From: an uncultured Candidatus Bathyarchaeia archaeon
Lineage (GTDB): Archaea; Thermoproteota; Bathyarchaeia; Bathyarchaeales; Bathycorpusculaceae
Length of the DNA stretch: 13,609 bases
Assembly: GCA_964450845.1 (NCBI GenBank)
Contig: CAYVGZ010000041.1
Span: 1 to 13,609, forward strand
Direction: 5' to 3'
In this document: in pieces, positions 1 through 7,602 of the stretch
Numbering within the stretch: position 1 is the stretch's first letter
Layout: each line of letters starts with the position of its first letter
Position numbers and translations under genes: made by a program
The notes under the pieces: generated by a model
What the model was told of the DNA's origin: nothing
The model's database searches: none
Seen by the model: only the letters and a program-made list of their open reading frames with translations

Positions 1-1
1 A

Positions 2-808
2 CCACGCAAAAGATTTGACGCCATAGACATAGATCCCTTCGGCTCCCCCGTGCCCTACCTAGATTCGGCATTGCGAGCCTTACGCAACGGCGGGCTTCTC
101 GCTTTAACAGCTACGGACATGGCGCCACTATGCGGAGTTCATCCAAAAGCGTGCATACGCAGATACGGCGGAAAACCTCTGCGCACGGAATACTGCCACG
201 AACTCGCTGTTAGACTTCTGGCTGGTTGCTTAGCTGCAACTGCAGCAAAACACGACATAGGCATAAGCGTAGTCTTCAGCCACAGCACAAACCATTATAT
301 TAGAATTTACGCAACCGCAAAATATGGCGCAAAAAAGGCTGACGAAAGCATCAAGAACATTGGATACATACTGCACTGTTTCAAATGTTTCCACAGGGAA
401 ACCACAAAAGAACATTTCTTTGTTGAACATGCTGGGAAATGCGGTGAATGTGGCTCAAAACTGAGTGTCGCCGGACCATTGTGGCTTGCAAAAATATTTG
501 ACAGAAAATTCTGTAAATTAATGGAAGAAGAGCTTAGAAAAAGGAATTTTCGATTTAAGGCACGGATAGAAAAGATTTTGGCTTTGATAACGGGTGAGAC
601 TGAAGCTCCCATTACATATTATGTTGTTGACAAGTTATGTGATGCGCTGAGTTTGCCCGTTCCACCAGTTAAGAAGATTATCAATGCTTTAGAGAAGGAG
701 GGGTTCTCAGCGTTTCTGACTCATTTTAACCCTAAAGGAGTGAAGTCGAACGTGCCAGCAGCAAAGATAAAGAAAATTTTGCGTGAAATGTTGAGCACTA
801 ACTGGTAA
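2..808 (+). CDS. trm1: tRNA (guanine26-N2)-dimethyltransferase Trm1, 5'-truncated by the window edge
   Basis: The frame is open from base 2 (PRKRFDAIDIDPFGSPVPYLDSA...), which includes the Trm1 D-x-DPFGSP motif. Also LTATD-APLCG, E-A-R-L, a CFKC/CGEC zinc finger and GPLW. The ORF-track start at 50 is an internal GTG. Confidence 0.93.
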   Translation, partial: PRKRFDAIDIDPFGSPVPYLDSALRALRNGGLLALTATDMAPLCGVHPKACIRRYGGKPLRTEYCHELAVRLLAGCLAATAAKHDIGISVVFSHSTNHYIRIYATAKYGAKKADESIKNIGYILHCFKCFHRETTKEHFFVEHAGKCGECGSKLSVAGPLWLAKIFDRKFCKLMEEELRKRNFRFKARIEKILALITGETEAPITYYVVDKLCDALSLPVPPVKKIINALEKEGFSAFLTHFNPKGVKSNVPAAKIKKILREMLSTNW

Positions 809-810
809 GT

Positions 811-818
811 TTTATATA
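811..818 (+). promoter_or_regulatory. Putative archaeal TATA box for the 846..1415 gene
   Basis: TTTATATA lies 28 nt upstream of the GTG at 846, which fits a leaderless or short-leader transcript. Confidence 0.5.
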
Positions 819-845
819 ATCATAGGTTCTAAAAGAGACAATCTG

Positions 846-1415
846 GTGAAGAGATTGAATAAGAAAATATTCGCTTTAGTCATAATGGCTGTTTCAGCGC
901 TTCTACTGATACCCTTAATTGACACAGCGAATCCACAACCAGAAGTGATGGCTTGGACGGATAAAAAAGAGTACGGTCCAGGCGAATCTGGAACCCTAAC
1001 CATCGTATTCTACAATGATCGTTCCTATGCAGTTTCGATTGAAAAGATTTTCGTGGTTTTCAATAATTGGTGGGTTTACAGGAATGGTGAATGGGAAGGA
1101 AATCAAACATTGACAGTTAACGAAGCTGTGGCAGTTAACGAAACATATGAAACGTCAGTAACGTTTACTGTGCCAACTGATGGAAGAGCAGACTCCACAA
1201 CCGTTTCCATAACCATTCAAACAGCAGAAGCTGGAAACATTTACGCCTATCCTAGCGTCGCTGTTGCTATAACGCCTAGGTACATGGACCAAATCGTGAC
1301 GCTTTTCACAATTCAGATAGTGCTTATCATCGTCTGCACTATTATAATAGCTGCGACAATATTCCTTTCAGCGCGTAGACCGCAAGTAACGTGGAAAGCA
1401 GAAGAGAAAACTTAA
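846..1415 (+). CDS. Exported, C-terminally membrane-anchored beta-rich protein of unknown function
   Basis: Basic/hydrophobic N-terminal signal (MKRLNKKIFALVIMAVSALLLIPL), a beta-rich middle with a TDKxxYxPGE motif seen in Ig-like/MG2-like domains, and a C-terminal hydrophobic helix (IVTLFTIQIVLIIVCTIIIAATIFL) followed by RR. Confidence 0.75.
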   Translation: MKRLNKKIFALVIMAVSALLLIPLIDTANPQPEVMAWTDKKEYGPGESGTLTIVFYNDRSYAVSIEKIFVVFNNWWVYRNGEWEGNQTLTVNEAVAVNETYETSVTFTVPTDGRADSTTVSITIQTAEAGNIYAYPSVAVAITPRYMDQIVTLFTIQIVLIIVCTIIIAATIFLSARRPQVTWKAEEKT

Positions 1416-1499
1416 TAAAACCAAAACTTCTCCCCCTTTATTTTCCATCTTGTTTAAGTAATAGAATCCATATTTGCTAACAGTTATGAATCAAATATT

Positions 1500-1506
1500 G
1501 GAGGTG
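1500..1506 (+). promoter_or_regulatory. Shine-Dalgarno-like site for metG
   Basis: GGAGGTG immediately upstream of the GTG start at 1509. Confidence 0.55.
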
Positions 1507-1508
1507 CC

Positions 1509-3206
1509 GTGAAACTCGGAAAAGTCTTAGTCACGTGTGCTTGGCCATACGTGAACTATATGCCACATCTGGGCACGTTGGTGCAGGTTCTGTCCGCAGA
1601 TGTCGTAGCCAGATATTATCGATTGAAAGGCGAAGACGTAGTTATGGTAAGCGGTTCAGACGAGCATGGAACTCCAATAGAAGTTGAAGCTGTGAAATTA
1701 GGGATTTCGCCAAAACAATTAACTGACAAAATTCATGCAAAAGTAGTCGAATTGTTCAAAAAATGGGGGTTCTCATTCGACAACTACACTCGAACAGAAA
1801 ACCCAGTCCATAAAGAGTTTGTGCAAGCCCATCATAGTAAAATCTACAACAACGGATACGTCTTCGCTCAAGAAACAGAGATGCTCTACTGCGAAAAATG
1901 CAGTCGTTTTCTGCCAGATAGATTCGTGGAGGGAAAATGCCCATACTGTGGATACGAAACTGCCCGTGGAGACCAATGCGACGCTTGTGGTAGACTGTTA
2001 GAACCGACGTTCCTAATAGAGCCTTACTGCACAATATGCAAAAGCAAACCAATCATAAAAAAGACCAAACAATGGTATTTTGACTTACCAAAATTCTCCG
2101 AAAAACTCGCCGATTTTATTAACAACAACAAAGAGTTGCCAGCTAATGCCAGAAACTTTAGCTTAAATTTGATAAAAGAAGGATTGAAGCCTAGGGCTAT
2201 GACAAGAGATGTGGACTGGGGAATTCCAGCACCTTTTCCAGGAGCAGAGGGCAAAACATTTTACGTTTGGTTTGAGAATGTCTTGGGTTACGTTTCAGCA
2301 ACAATTGAATATTTTAGAAACAAGGAAGAACCAGAGAAATGGAAGGAGTACTGGTTTAACAAAGAAGCCAAAACCCTATATTTCGTTGGAAAAGACAACA
2401 TTCCATTTCATGTGATAATTTTTCCGGCTCTTCTATTAGCTTCTGGTGAAGACTACAATTTGCCATGGAACGTGCCAGCAACAGAGTTCCTTCAATTTAA
2501 AGGAGAACGCGCCTCAAAAAGTAGAAGAATAGGCATATGGATGGATGAAGCATTAGAACTTTTCCCAGCGGACTACTGGCGTTTCTTCTTGATGGCAACT
2601 AGACCTGAAACGAAAGACGCGAACTTTTCATGGGAAATTTTCATTGAAAAGATTAATTCAGACTTGAATGACACGTTTGGCAACTTCATTCACAGAACGT
2701 TAGCCTTCATGAATACACAATTTAACAGTGAAGTTCCACAACCAGAAGCTTTAGACGAAGACGATAAGCGAATTTTGGAAACTCTAAAAGAGAAGGTTGA
2801 AACTGTTGCAAAAGAAATCGAAGACTGCGGATTGCAATCCGCCGCAAACACTATGATAAGCATAAGCCGTATGGGAAACCAGTACTTGAATGAGAAGGAA
2901 CCTTGGAACTTAATCAAGAAGGATAGAGGCAAAGCAGCAAGTGTCATTTATGTGGCTGCACAAATTGTTAAAGCCCTTGCAGTAGTTTCAGCCCCGTTAA
3001 TTCCATTTGCTGCAGAAGAACTTTGGAGAACCCTCAACTTGCCTGGAAGCGTTCACGAGCAGGGATGGGATGAAGCCCTAACGCCTCTGCCGCCTAGGCA
3101 CAAAATGGCTAAGGCAAAGCCTTTATTCCATAAAATAGATGCAACCGAAAAAGAACTGGACGAAAAATTAGAGAAGATTGGAGAACGTTTGTCAAACGCT
3201 TCTTAA
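1509..3206 (+). CDS. metG: Methionyl-tRNA synthetase, short form without the C-terminal tRNA-binding/dimerisation domain
   Basis: AWPY..PHLGT (HIGH-like), SGSDEHGTPI, four CxxC zinc knuckles, RAMTRDVDWGIP, YVWF, GKDNIPFH, RASKS (KMSKS-like), GNFIHR and YLNEKEPW anticodon-domain motifs; 565 aa. Confidence 0.95.
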   Translation: MKLGKVLVTCAWPYVNYMPHLGTLVQVLSADVVARYYRLKGEDVVMVSGSDEHGTPIEVEAVKLGISPKQLTDKIHAKVVELFKKWGFSFDNYTRTENPVHKEFVQAHHSKIYNNGYVFAQETEMLYCEKCSRFLPDRFVEGKCPYCGYETARGDQCDACGRLLEPTFLIEPYCTICKSKPIIKKTKQWYFDLPKFSEKLADFINNNKELPANARNFSLNLIKEGLKPRAMTRDVDWGIPAPFPGAEGKTFYVWFENVLGYVSATIEYFRNKEEPEKWKEYWFNKEAKTLYFVGKDNIPFHVIIFPALLLASGEDYNLPWNVPATEFLQFKGERASKSRRIGIWMDEALELFPADYWRFFLMATRPETKDANFSWEIFIEKINSDLNDTFGNFIHRTLAFMNTQFNSEVPQPEALDEDDKRILETLKEKVETVAKEIEDCGLQSAANTMISISRMGNQYLNEKEPWNLIKKDRGKAASVIYVAAQIVKALAVVSAPLIPFAAEELWRTLNLPGSVHEQGWDEALTPLPPRHKMAKAKPLFHKIDATEKELDEKLEKIGERLSNAS

Positions 3207-3230
3207 CAGTTTAAAAAGGACTGTGGTTTT

Positions 3231-3896
3231 TTGCAACTGAAAATCGACTTACATGTCCATACTCACTATTCCTATGACTCTCTAATCACGCCAGAAGAAC
3301 TAGTCTATTATGCAAGGAAACATGGATTGGACGCTGTCGCCATAACAGACCACGACAGAATCGACGGTGCATTAAAGATTGCTAAAGAAATAGGCTTCCC
3401 AATTATTCCAGGAATAGAGGTTTCAAGCCTGGGCGGTCATGTCGTAGGGCTTAATCTCCAAGAACCCATCCCAAAAAAACTGAGCGTCTCCGAAACAGTG
3501 GATAAAATACATGAAAAAGGAGGGTTGGCAGTGGCTTGTCATCCAGTAGCTTTTATGAAGGGAAGTGTAGGAAAAAACGTAACTGCAAGGTTCGACGCAG
3601 TGGAAGTGATAAATGCTTCAGCCATTCCGTTTAGTTATTCTGTAAAGTACGGCGAAAAAATTGCTTCTCGTCTTCGAATCGCTCGAGTTGCTGGCAGCGA
3701 CGCACATTATGGTCCAGAAATAGGTTGTGCGTACACTCTTGTGGACGCTGAATTGGAAGTGGAAGAGATAATAAAAGCGTTAAGCAAAGGGTTATGCCAA
3801 CCATTTGGTAAAGCAATACCCCTAAATATAAGGCTGAAAAGAGAATTCTTAGTTCTTAAAAGAAAATTTAGTTTAAGAGATCAGAAAAGAAGATAA
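3231..3896 (+). CDS. PHP-family metal-dependent phosphoesterase
   Basis: DLHVHT..S.D, AITDHD, GIE..S..GH, HP, EV.N and GSDAH motifs. TTG start 24 nt after the metG stop, so probably co-transcribed. Confidence 0.88.
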   Translation: MQLKIDLHVHTHYSYDSLITPEELVYYARKHGLDAVAITDHDRIDGALKIAKEIGFPIIPGIEVSSLGGHVVGLNLQEPIPKKLSVSETVDKIHEKGGLAVACHPVAFMKGSVGKNVTARFDAVEVINASAIPFSYSVKYGEKIASRLRIARVAGSDAHYGPEIGCAYTLVDAELEVEEIIKALSKGLCQPFGKAIPLNIRLKREFLVLKRKFSLRDQKRR

Positions 3897-3898
3897 TG

Positions 3899-5008
3899 TT
3901 AGGGGAAATGTTCCAGTTGGTAAAGGTTTAGCTTCATGTCTAGCTGTTTCTCTGGTTCTGCGTATGGTTCTAGGTTGAAGAGTTGCGGTGCAATTGTTCC
4001 AAACCCGCTTAGAATATGCGGAGAATTTACGCCTGTCATAACAAGCGTGACTTTTAATTTGCCATTTTGTTCAGGGTTGACTCTTGCACCCCAGATGACT
4101 AGGGCATCGGTGTCCATCATCTCCGTCACGATTTCTCCTACGCGGTTTGCCTCTTCAATTGTCATCTGGTTGTCGCCTGTAACGTGAATTAACGCTCCAG
4201 TTGCGCCAGCATAATCAACATTCAACAACGGGCTTCTTAGGGCGTTTCGCACGGCTTCTTCGGCTCTGTTGGGAGCATCCGACTCGCCTACTCCGACAAC
4301 GGCTACTCCACCTCTTCTAACGATGGTTCTGAAGTCTGCGAAGTCAAGGTTGATGAGGCTTGGAGCTGAAATTGTTTCCACTATGCCTTTAATCATGTTT
4401 GCCAAAACTTGGTCTGCGACCCTGAAAGCCTCGTTTATAGGCAATTGCGGAACGAGTTGCATCAGCTTGTTGTTATCTATCACTACAACGGTGTCGCATT
4501 GTCTACGCATTTCAGTCAACGCTGTGGCAGCATATTCGATTCGACCTTTTTCAATGCGAAAAGGCGTAGTTACAACACCTACGGTTATTGCTCCTTTTTG
4601 CCTCGCAATTTCTGCAACAATTGGTGCTGCTCCTGTTCCTGTTCCACCGCCCAATCCAGCAGTTATGAAAACTATGTCCGCATTAAGAAGCAAATCGTCA
4701 ATCCGCTTTCTGGATTCCTCGATTGCAGCTTTGCCAAGCTTTGGATCGCCGCCAACCCCGAGTCCTTTAGTGAGTTTTTCGCCTATCAGCATTTTTTGAT
4801 TAGCCCTTGAAGCGCCTAAATGAATTGCATCCGTGTTTATGGCTATACATTCTGCCCCAGCTACGCTCATCTCCATTAACCTAGTTACAGTATTGTTGCC
4901 CGCCCCTCCAACACCAATCACAACTATGCGACAATGACTAGAAGGAAGGATTCCCTCAGCCAACGCATCATGCCATGCATATTTCAATGCATGTTCTGTA
5001 GTGGACAT
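3899..5008 (-). CDS. ftsZ: Cell division protein FtsZ (cdrS-linked)
   Basis: GVGGAGNN, AINTD, GGGTGTG tubulin signature, PFRIE, intact T7 loop NLDFAD and IWGA. ATG at 5008 is preferred over TTG at 5017 because it lies 1 nt after the cdrS stop codon. Confidence 0.96.
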   Translation of the reverse strand: MSTTEHALKYAWHDALAEGILPSSHCRIVVIGVGGAGNNTVTRLMEMSVAGAECIAINTDAIHLGASRANQKMLIGEKLTKGLGVGGDPKLGKAAIEESRKRIDDLLLNADIVFITAGLGGGTGTGAAPIVAEIARQKGAITVGVVTTPFRIEKGRIEYAATALTEMRRQCDTVVVIDNNKLMQLVPQLPINEAFRVADQVLANMIKGIVETISAPSLINLDFADFRTIVRRGGVAVVGVGESDAPNRAEEAVRNALRSPLLNVDYAGATGALIHVTGDNQMTIEEANRVGEIVTEMMDTDALVIWGARVNPEQNGKLKVTLVMTGVNSPHILSGFGTIAPQLFNLEPYAEPEKQLDMKLNLYQLEHFP

Positions 5009-5009
5009 T

Positions 5010-5165
5010 TTAGCCAACCTTTTTCCTCTCCCTGACCTCTTCGATTATCAAATCACGGATAGCTACCCGAATTGCTTCAGCCCTATTTGGATAAAACCTC
5101 TCATTTACAAGCTGGTCTAACGCTTTGAGGTAGGGTTCAGGAAGATAAAGTGTTATCAGCTTCAT
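5010..5165 (-). CDS. cdrS: Ribbon-helix-helix (CopG/MetJ-type) regulator, CdrS-like; 51 aa, not in the ORF track
   Basis: Manual translation gives MKLITLYLPEPYLKALDQLVNERFYPNRAEAIRVAIRDLIIEEVRERKKVG*. It has the RHH pattern (alternating beta strand, YPNRAEAIRxAIRDL), GGAGG upstream, and its stop is 1 nt before the ftsZ ATG. Confidence 0.88.
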   Translation of the reverse strand: MKLITLYLPEPYLKALDQLVNERFYPNRAEAIRVAIRDLIIEEVRERKKVG

Positions 5166-5373
5166 TCAACTTCTCCCTCCATGCAAGCAAAAGAATCCCA
5201 TGTCAAGCGTTATACTCGTATATGTTAAGAAACAAATATGTTTTAAACATGTTCGTTCTTGCCTATTTAAGCACAGTGCAGAAACCGTTTCAAGTTTGTG
5301 TAAATTTTGGCTATCGACAACCTTTATGTTTTTATTCCTTGTTAAAGCATTTAATGTATTGCGATGGAGAACT

Positions 5374-6663
5374 ATGCGCATTTTCATCAAGAGTTTCGGC
5401 TGCTCCACAAACTTCGCTGACGGCGAGGTTTTGGCTGGATGCTTAGCAGAAGCTGGGTATAAACTGTCAGACTCTGCCACCAACGCAGACGTAATCATTT
5501 ACAATACTTGTGCCGTTAAGGGACCAACGGAAAATCGCGTGATCGAAATTTTAAAGAGGACTCCAGCAAACAAAAAAGTGATTATTGCAGGATGCCTCCC
5601 CCTCATCAACTTCGAAAGATTATGCAAGGAAGTGCATTTTGACGGAGTTGTTGGACCGGCAGCTGGTGACAGAATTGTTGAGGTTGTGAAACGTGTTTTA
5701 AATGGTGAAAGGGTTATCACCCTAAAAGAAGCCGTGAATGCGAAGCCCAACTTGAATCTGCCTAGGCTACGATCGAATCCTGCGATAAGCATTATTCCCG
5801 TAAACTATGGTTGTTTGGGAAAATGTGCCTACTGCTGTGTGGTTTTTGCTAGGGGGCACCTAAGAAGCTACGCAGTTCAGGAAATTGTTGAAAGAGTGAA
5901 AAAAGACTTGGATACGGGCGCTCGGGAGTTTTGGGTTACTTCGCAAGACACAGCCTGTTTTGGAAGAGACAGTGGCACGAACCTTGCAGAACTGCTTAAT
6001 GCCTTATGCGATGTTAAAGGAGATTTTAGGGTTCGCGTTGGTATGATGACCCCCAACATGGCATTGGATATTCTAGACGACTTAATTCAAGCCTTCAAAG
6101 ACGAAAAAATCTTCAAATTTATCCACTTGCCAGTGCAAAGTGGCGACAACCAAACTCTGGAGCGCATGCGAAGATTTTATTCTGTGAAAGATTTCAAAAG
6201 AATCGCAAATAGCCTTAGGACAAGTTTTCCAGAGTTGACTCTAGCCACAGACGTTATTTGCGGTTTTCCAAGCGAAAGCGAAGAAGCTTTTGAAAGAACT
6301 CTGCAGCTAATTGGGGAAGTTAAGCCCGACATTGTGAATGTTTCAAAATTTTTTGCAAGACCGAGAACTGCAGCAGCTGAAATGCAGAAGGATTTTGTGC
6401 CTTTCCAAGAAATTAAGCGTAGAAGTAGCGTTGCAGCTAAGTTGGCTGGTGAAGTGGCTTTTGAAAGGAATCAGCGTTGGGTTGGGTGGACAGGCGAAAT
6501 TTTTGTTGATGAGGTTGGCAAGATTTCTGGTTCTTGGGTTGGACGCAATTTTGCTTACAAGCCAGTCACGATAAAGGATACAGCAGATTTGCTTGGCAAG
6601 ACTTTGCGTGTCAAAGTTGTTAAGAGCTTTCCAACTTTTCTGAAAGGAGAAGTCGCTGAATAA
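5374..6663 (+). CDS. mtaB: Radical SAM tRNA methylthiotransferase, archaeal/eukaryotic MtaB (CDKAL1-like) type; about 429 aa
   Basis: N-terminal UPF0004 cysteines (FGC..N..D.E, NTCAV, AGC), radical SAM CLGKCAYC, SQDT, HLPVQSG, TDVICGFP.E and a C-terminal TRAM-like domain. Start set at ATG 5374 (GGAGA upstream), not 5200. Confidence 0.88.
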   Translation: MRIFIKSFGCSTNFADGEVLAGCLAEAGYKLSDSATNADVIIYNTCAVKGPTENRVIEILKRTPANKKVIIAGCLPLINFERLCKEVHFDGVVGPAAGDRIVEVVKRVLNGERVITLKEAVNAKPNLNLPRLRSNPAISIIPVNYGCLGKCAYCCVVFARGHLRSYAVQEIVERVKKDLDTGAREFWVTSQDTACFGRDSGTNLAELLNALCDVKGDFRVRVGMMTPNMALDILDDLIQAFKDEKIFKFIHLPVQSGDNQTLERMRRFYSVKDFKRIANSLRTSFPELTLATDVICGFPSESEEAFERTLQLIGEVKPDIVNVSKFFARPRTAAAEMQKDFVPFQEIKRRSSVAAKLAGEVAFERNQRWVGWTGEIFVDEVGKISGSWVGRNFAYKPVTIKDTADLLGKTLRVKVVKSFPTFLKGEVAE

Positions 6664-6710
6664 ATTATTTATGTAGATGCGACACTATCTTGTTGTTAGG
6701 AGTGGTGTAA

Positions 6711-6971
6711 TTGAGTGAAGAGAACGTTGTTGAGATTGGGCGTATAACCCACTTCTTCACAAAAATCAGCGTAGCCGTTATCGAGCTTACAGCGCCTTTG
6801 GCTGTCGGCGACACAATAGTCGTTAAGGGACCAACCACAGACTTTGAACAAAATGTGGAATCTATGCAGATTGAGCATAATAATGTTCAGAGGGCTGAGG
6901 CTGGACAAAGCATAGGCTTAAGGGTGGCTCAACGCGTAAGAGAAAACGACACAGTGTACAAAAAACTATAG
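6711..6971 (+). CDS. Small stand-alone beta-barrel protein (resembles the U32-peptidase C-terminal / EF-Tu domain II-like family)
   Basis: IGRITHFFTKISVAVIEL...L.VGD.I...G..TDFEQ.VESMQIEH..V..A..GQ.IGL.V..RVR..D.VYK pattern. AGGAGTG upstream of a TTG start. Confidence 0.8.
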   Translation: MSEENVVEIGRITHFFTKISVAVIELTAPLAVGDTIVVKGPTTDFEQNVESMQIEHNNVQRAEAGQSIGLRVAQRVRENDTVYKKL

Positions 6972-6975
6972 CAGC

Positions 6976-6996
6976 TTCTCTTTTTTTCCATTCTTT
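6976..6996 (+). terminator. Oligo-T, archaeal-type terminator candidate
   Basis: T-rich tract including T7 (6981-6987) just after the stop at 6971, at a convergent junction. Confidence 0.4.
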
Positions 6997-7347
6997 ATCT
7001 AATTGGTTCTTCCCAATCCGTTTAGCATCCGTCTTGCGGGATCAAAATTATAGTTGTTTCGTTTGGTAATGGCATTTCAGGGTTTTCTTTTACGTTCAGA
7101 AATGGTTTCGACTTCATGGATGCTTGAACTGCAACCTGCTTGTAAAATCTATCTTCAATAGGATGATAGACCATTTGAAGTAGGCTTTCAAATCCTTTTA
7201 CTGGAAAATTTCCGCATTCTTTATTTCTTCATTCGCAGCTTTAATAGCGTCCAAGATCGAACTGTTATCCTCCAACAGAAGCTGTATACCAATAGGAAAT
7301 ATTTTGTTTATCTCGGTTTGGCGGACAATTAACATAACCTTTTTCAT
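6995..7347 (-). pseudogene. Frameshifted ORF for a putative ubiquitin-like (SAMP/MoaD beta-grasp) protein ending ...LIPQDGC; fourth gene of the arsR arm; not in the ORF track
   Basis: ATG at 7347 overlaps the upstream TGA (ATGA). Frame 0 reads MKKVMLIVRQTEINKIFPIGIQLLLEDNSSILDAIKAANEEIK and stops at 7198-7200. The -1 frame, open from 7228, continues ECGNFPVKGFESLLQMVYHPIEDRFYKQVAVQASMKSKPFLNVKENPEMPLPNETTIILIPQDGC* (TAA 7022-7024), then TDWEEPIR* (TAA 6995-6997). Confidence 0.7.
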
Positions 7348-7601
7348 AGTCCAGCTTCTCTTAAAGCTTCCTTTAATGTTTCTTCGCTTGGGCAGACTCC
7401 AACTATTCGAATATCCTCATCAATTACAATTGCTGGACTTGCCTTTATTCCATATTCCTCAAGCTTTTTGCAAACCCCACAATAGATTTCCACTTCAATC
7501 TTATCTCCATACTCCTTCTTGATCTTCTCAACCAGCTTTAGCAATAGCCTTCCACCAGAACAAGACGGTTCTGAAGTAAAAACCTCCATTCTTATTGGCA
7601 C
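7344..7601 (-). CDS. Small thioredoxin-fold protein with a CSGG N-terminal motif (no resolving Cys), internal CGVC and C-terminal GVCP; 85 aa
   Basis: GTG at 7601, with GGAGG upstream and just past the previous TGA, gives MPIRMEVFTSEPSCSGG..., which is collinear with the adjacent paralogue. cis-Pro-like motif ASP. Confidence 0.8.
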   Translation of the reverse strand: MPIRMEVFTSEPSCSGGRLLLKLVEKIKKEYGDKIEVEIYCGVCKKLEEYGIKASPAIVIDEDIRIVGVCPSEETLKEALREAGL

Positions 7602-7602
7602 A

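Noticed and set aside
4269-4810. 176-aa and 133-aa + strand ORFs
   Set aside because: Antisense shadows of ftsZ with no recognisable motifs.
5200-5373. 58-aa N-terminal extension of the MtaB ORF
   Set aside because: It covers the divergent promoter region. The family N-terminus (MRIFIKSFGC) starts at ATG 5374, which has an SD-like sequence upstream.
5150-5498. Overlapping 98-aa (+) and 110-aa (-) ORFs
   Set aside because: They conflict with cdrS, mtaB and their shared promoter region, and have no protein-family features.
7022-7027. Possible Gly-Cys-Sec motif like that of thioredoxin reductase
   Set aside because: The codon is TAA, not TGA, and no SECIS or Sec machinery is visible.
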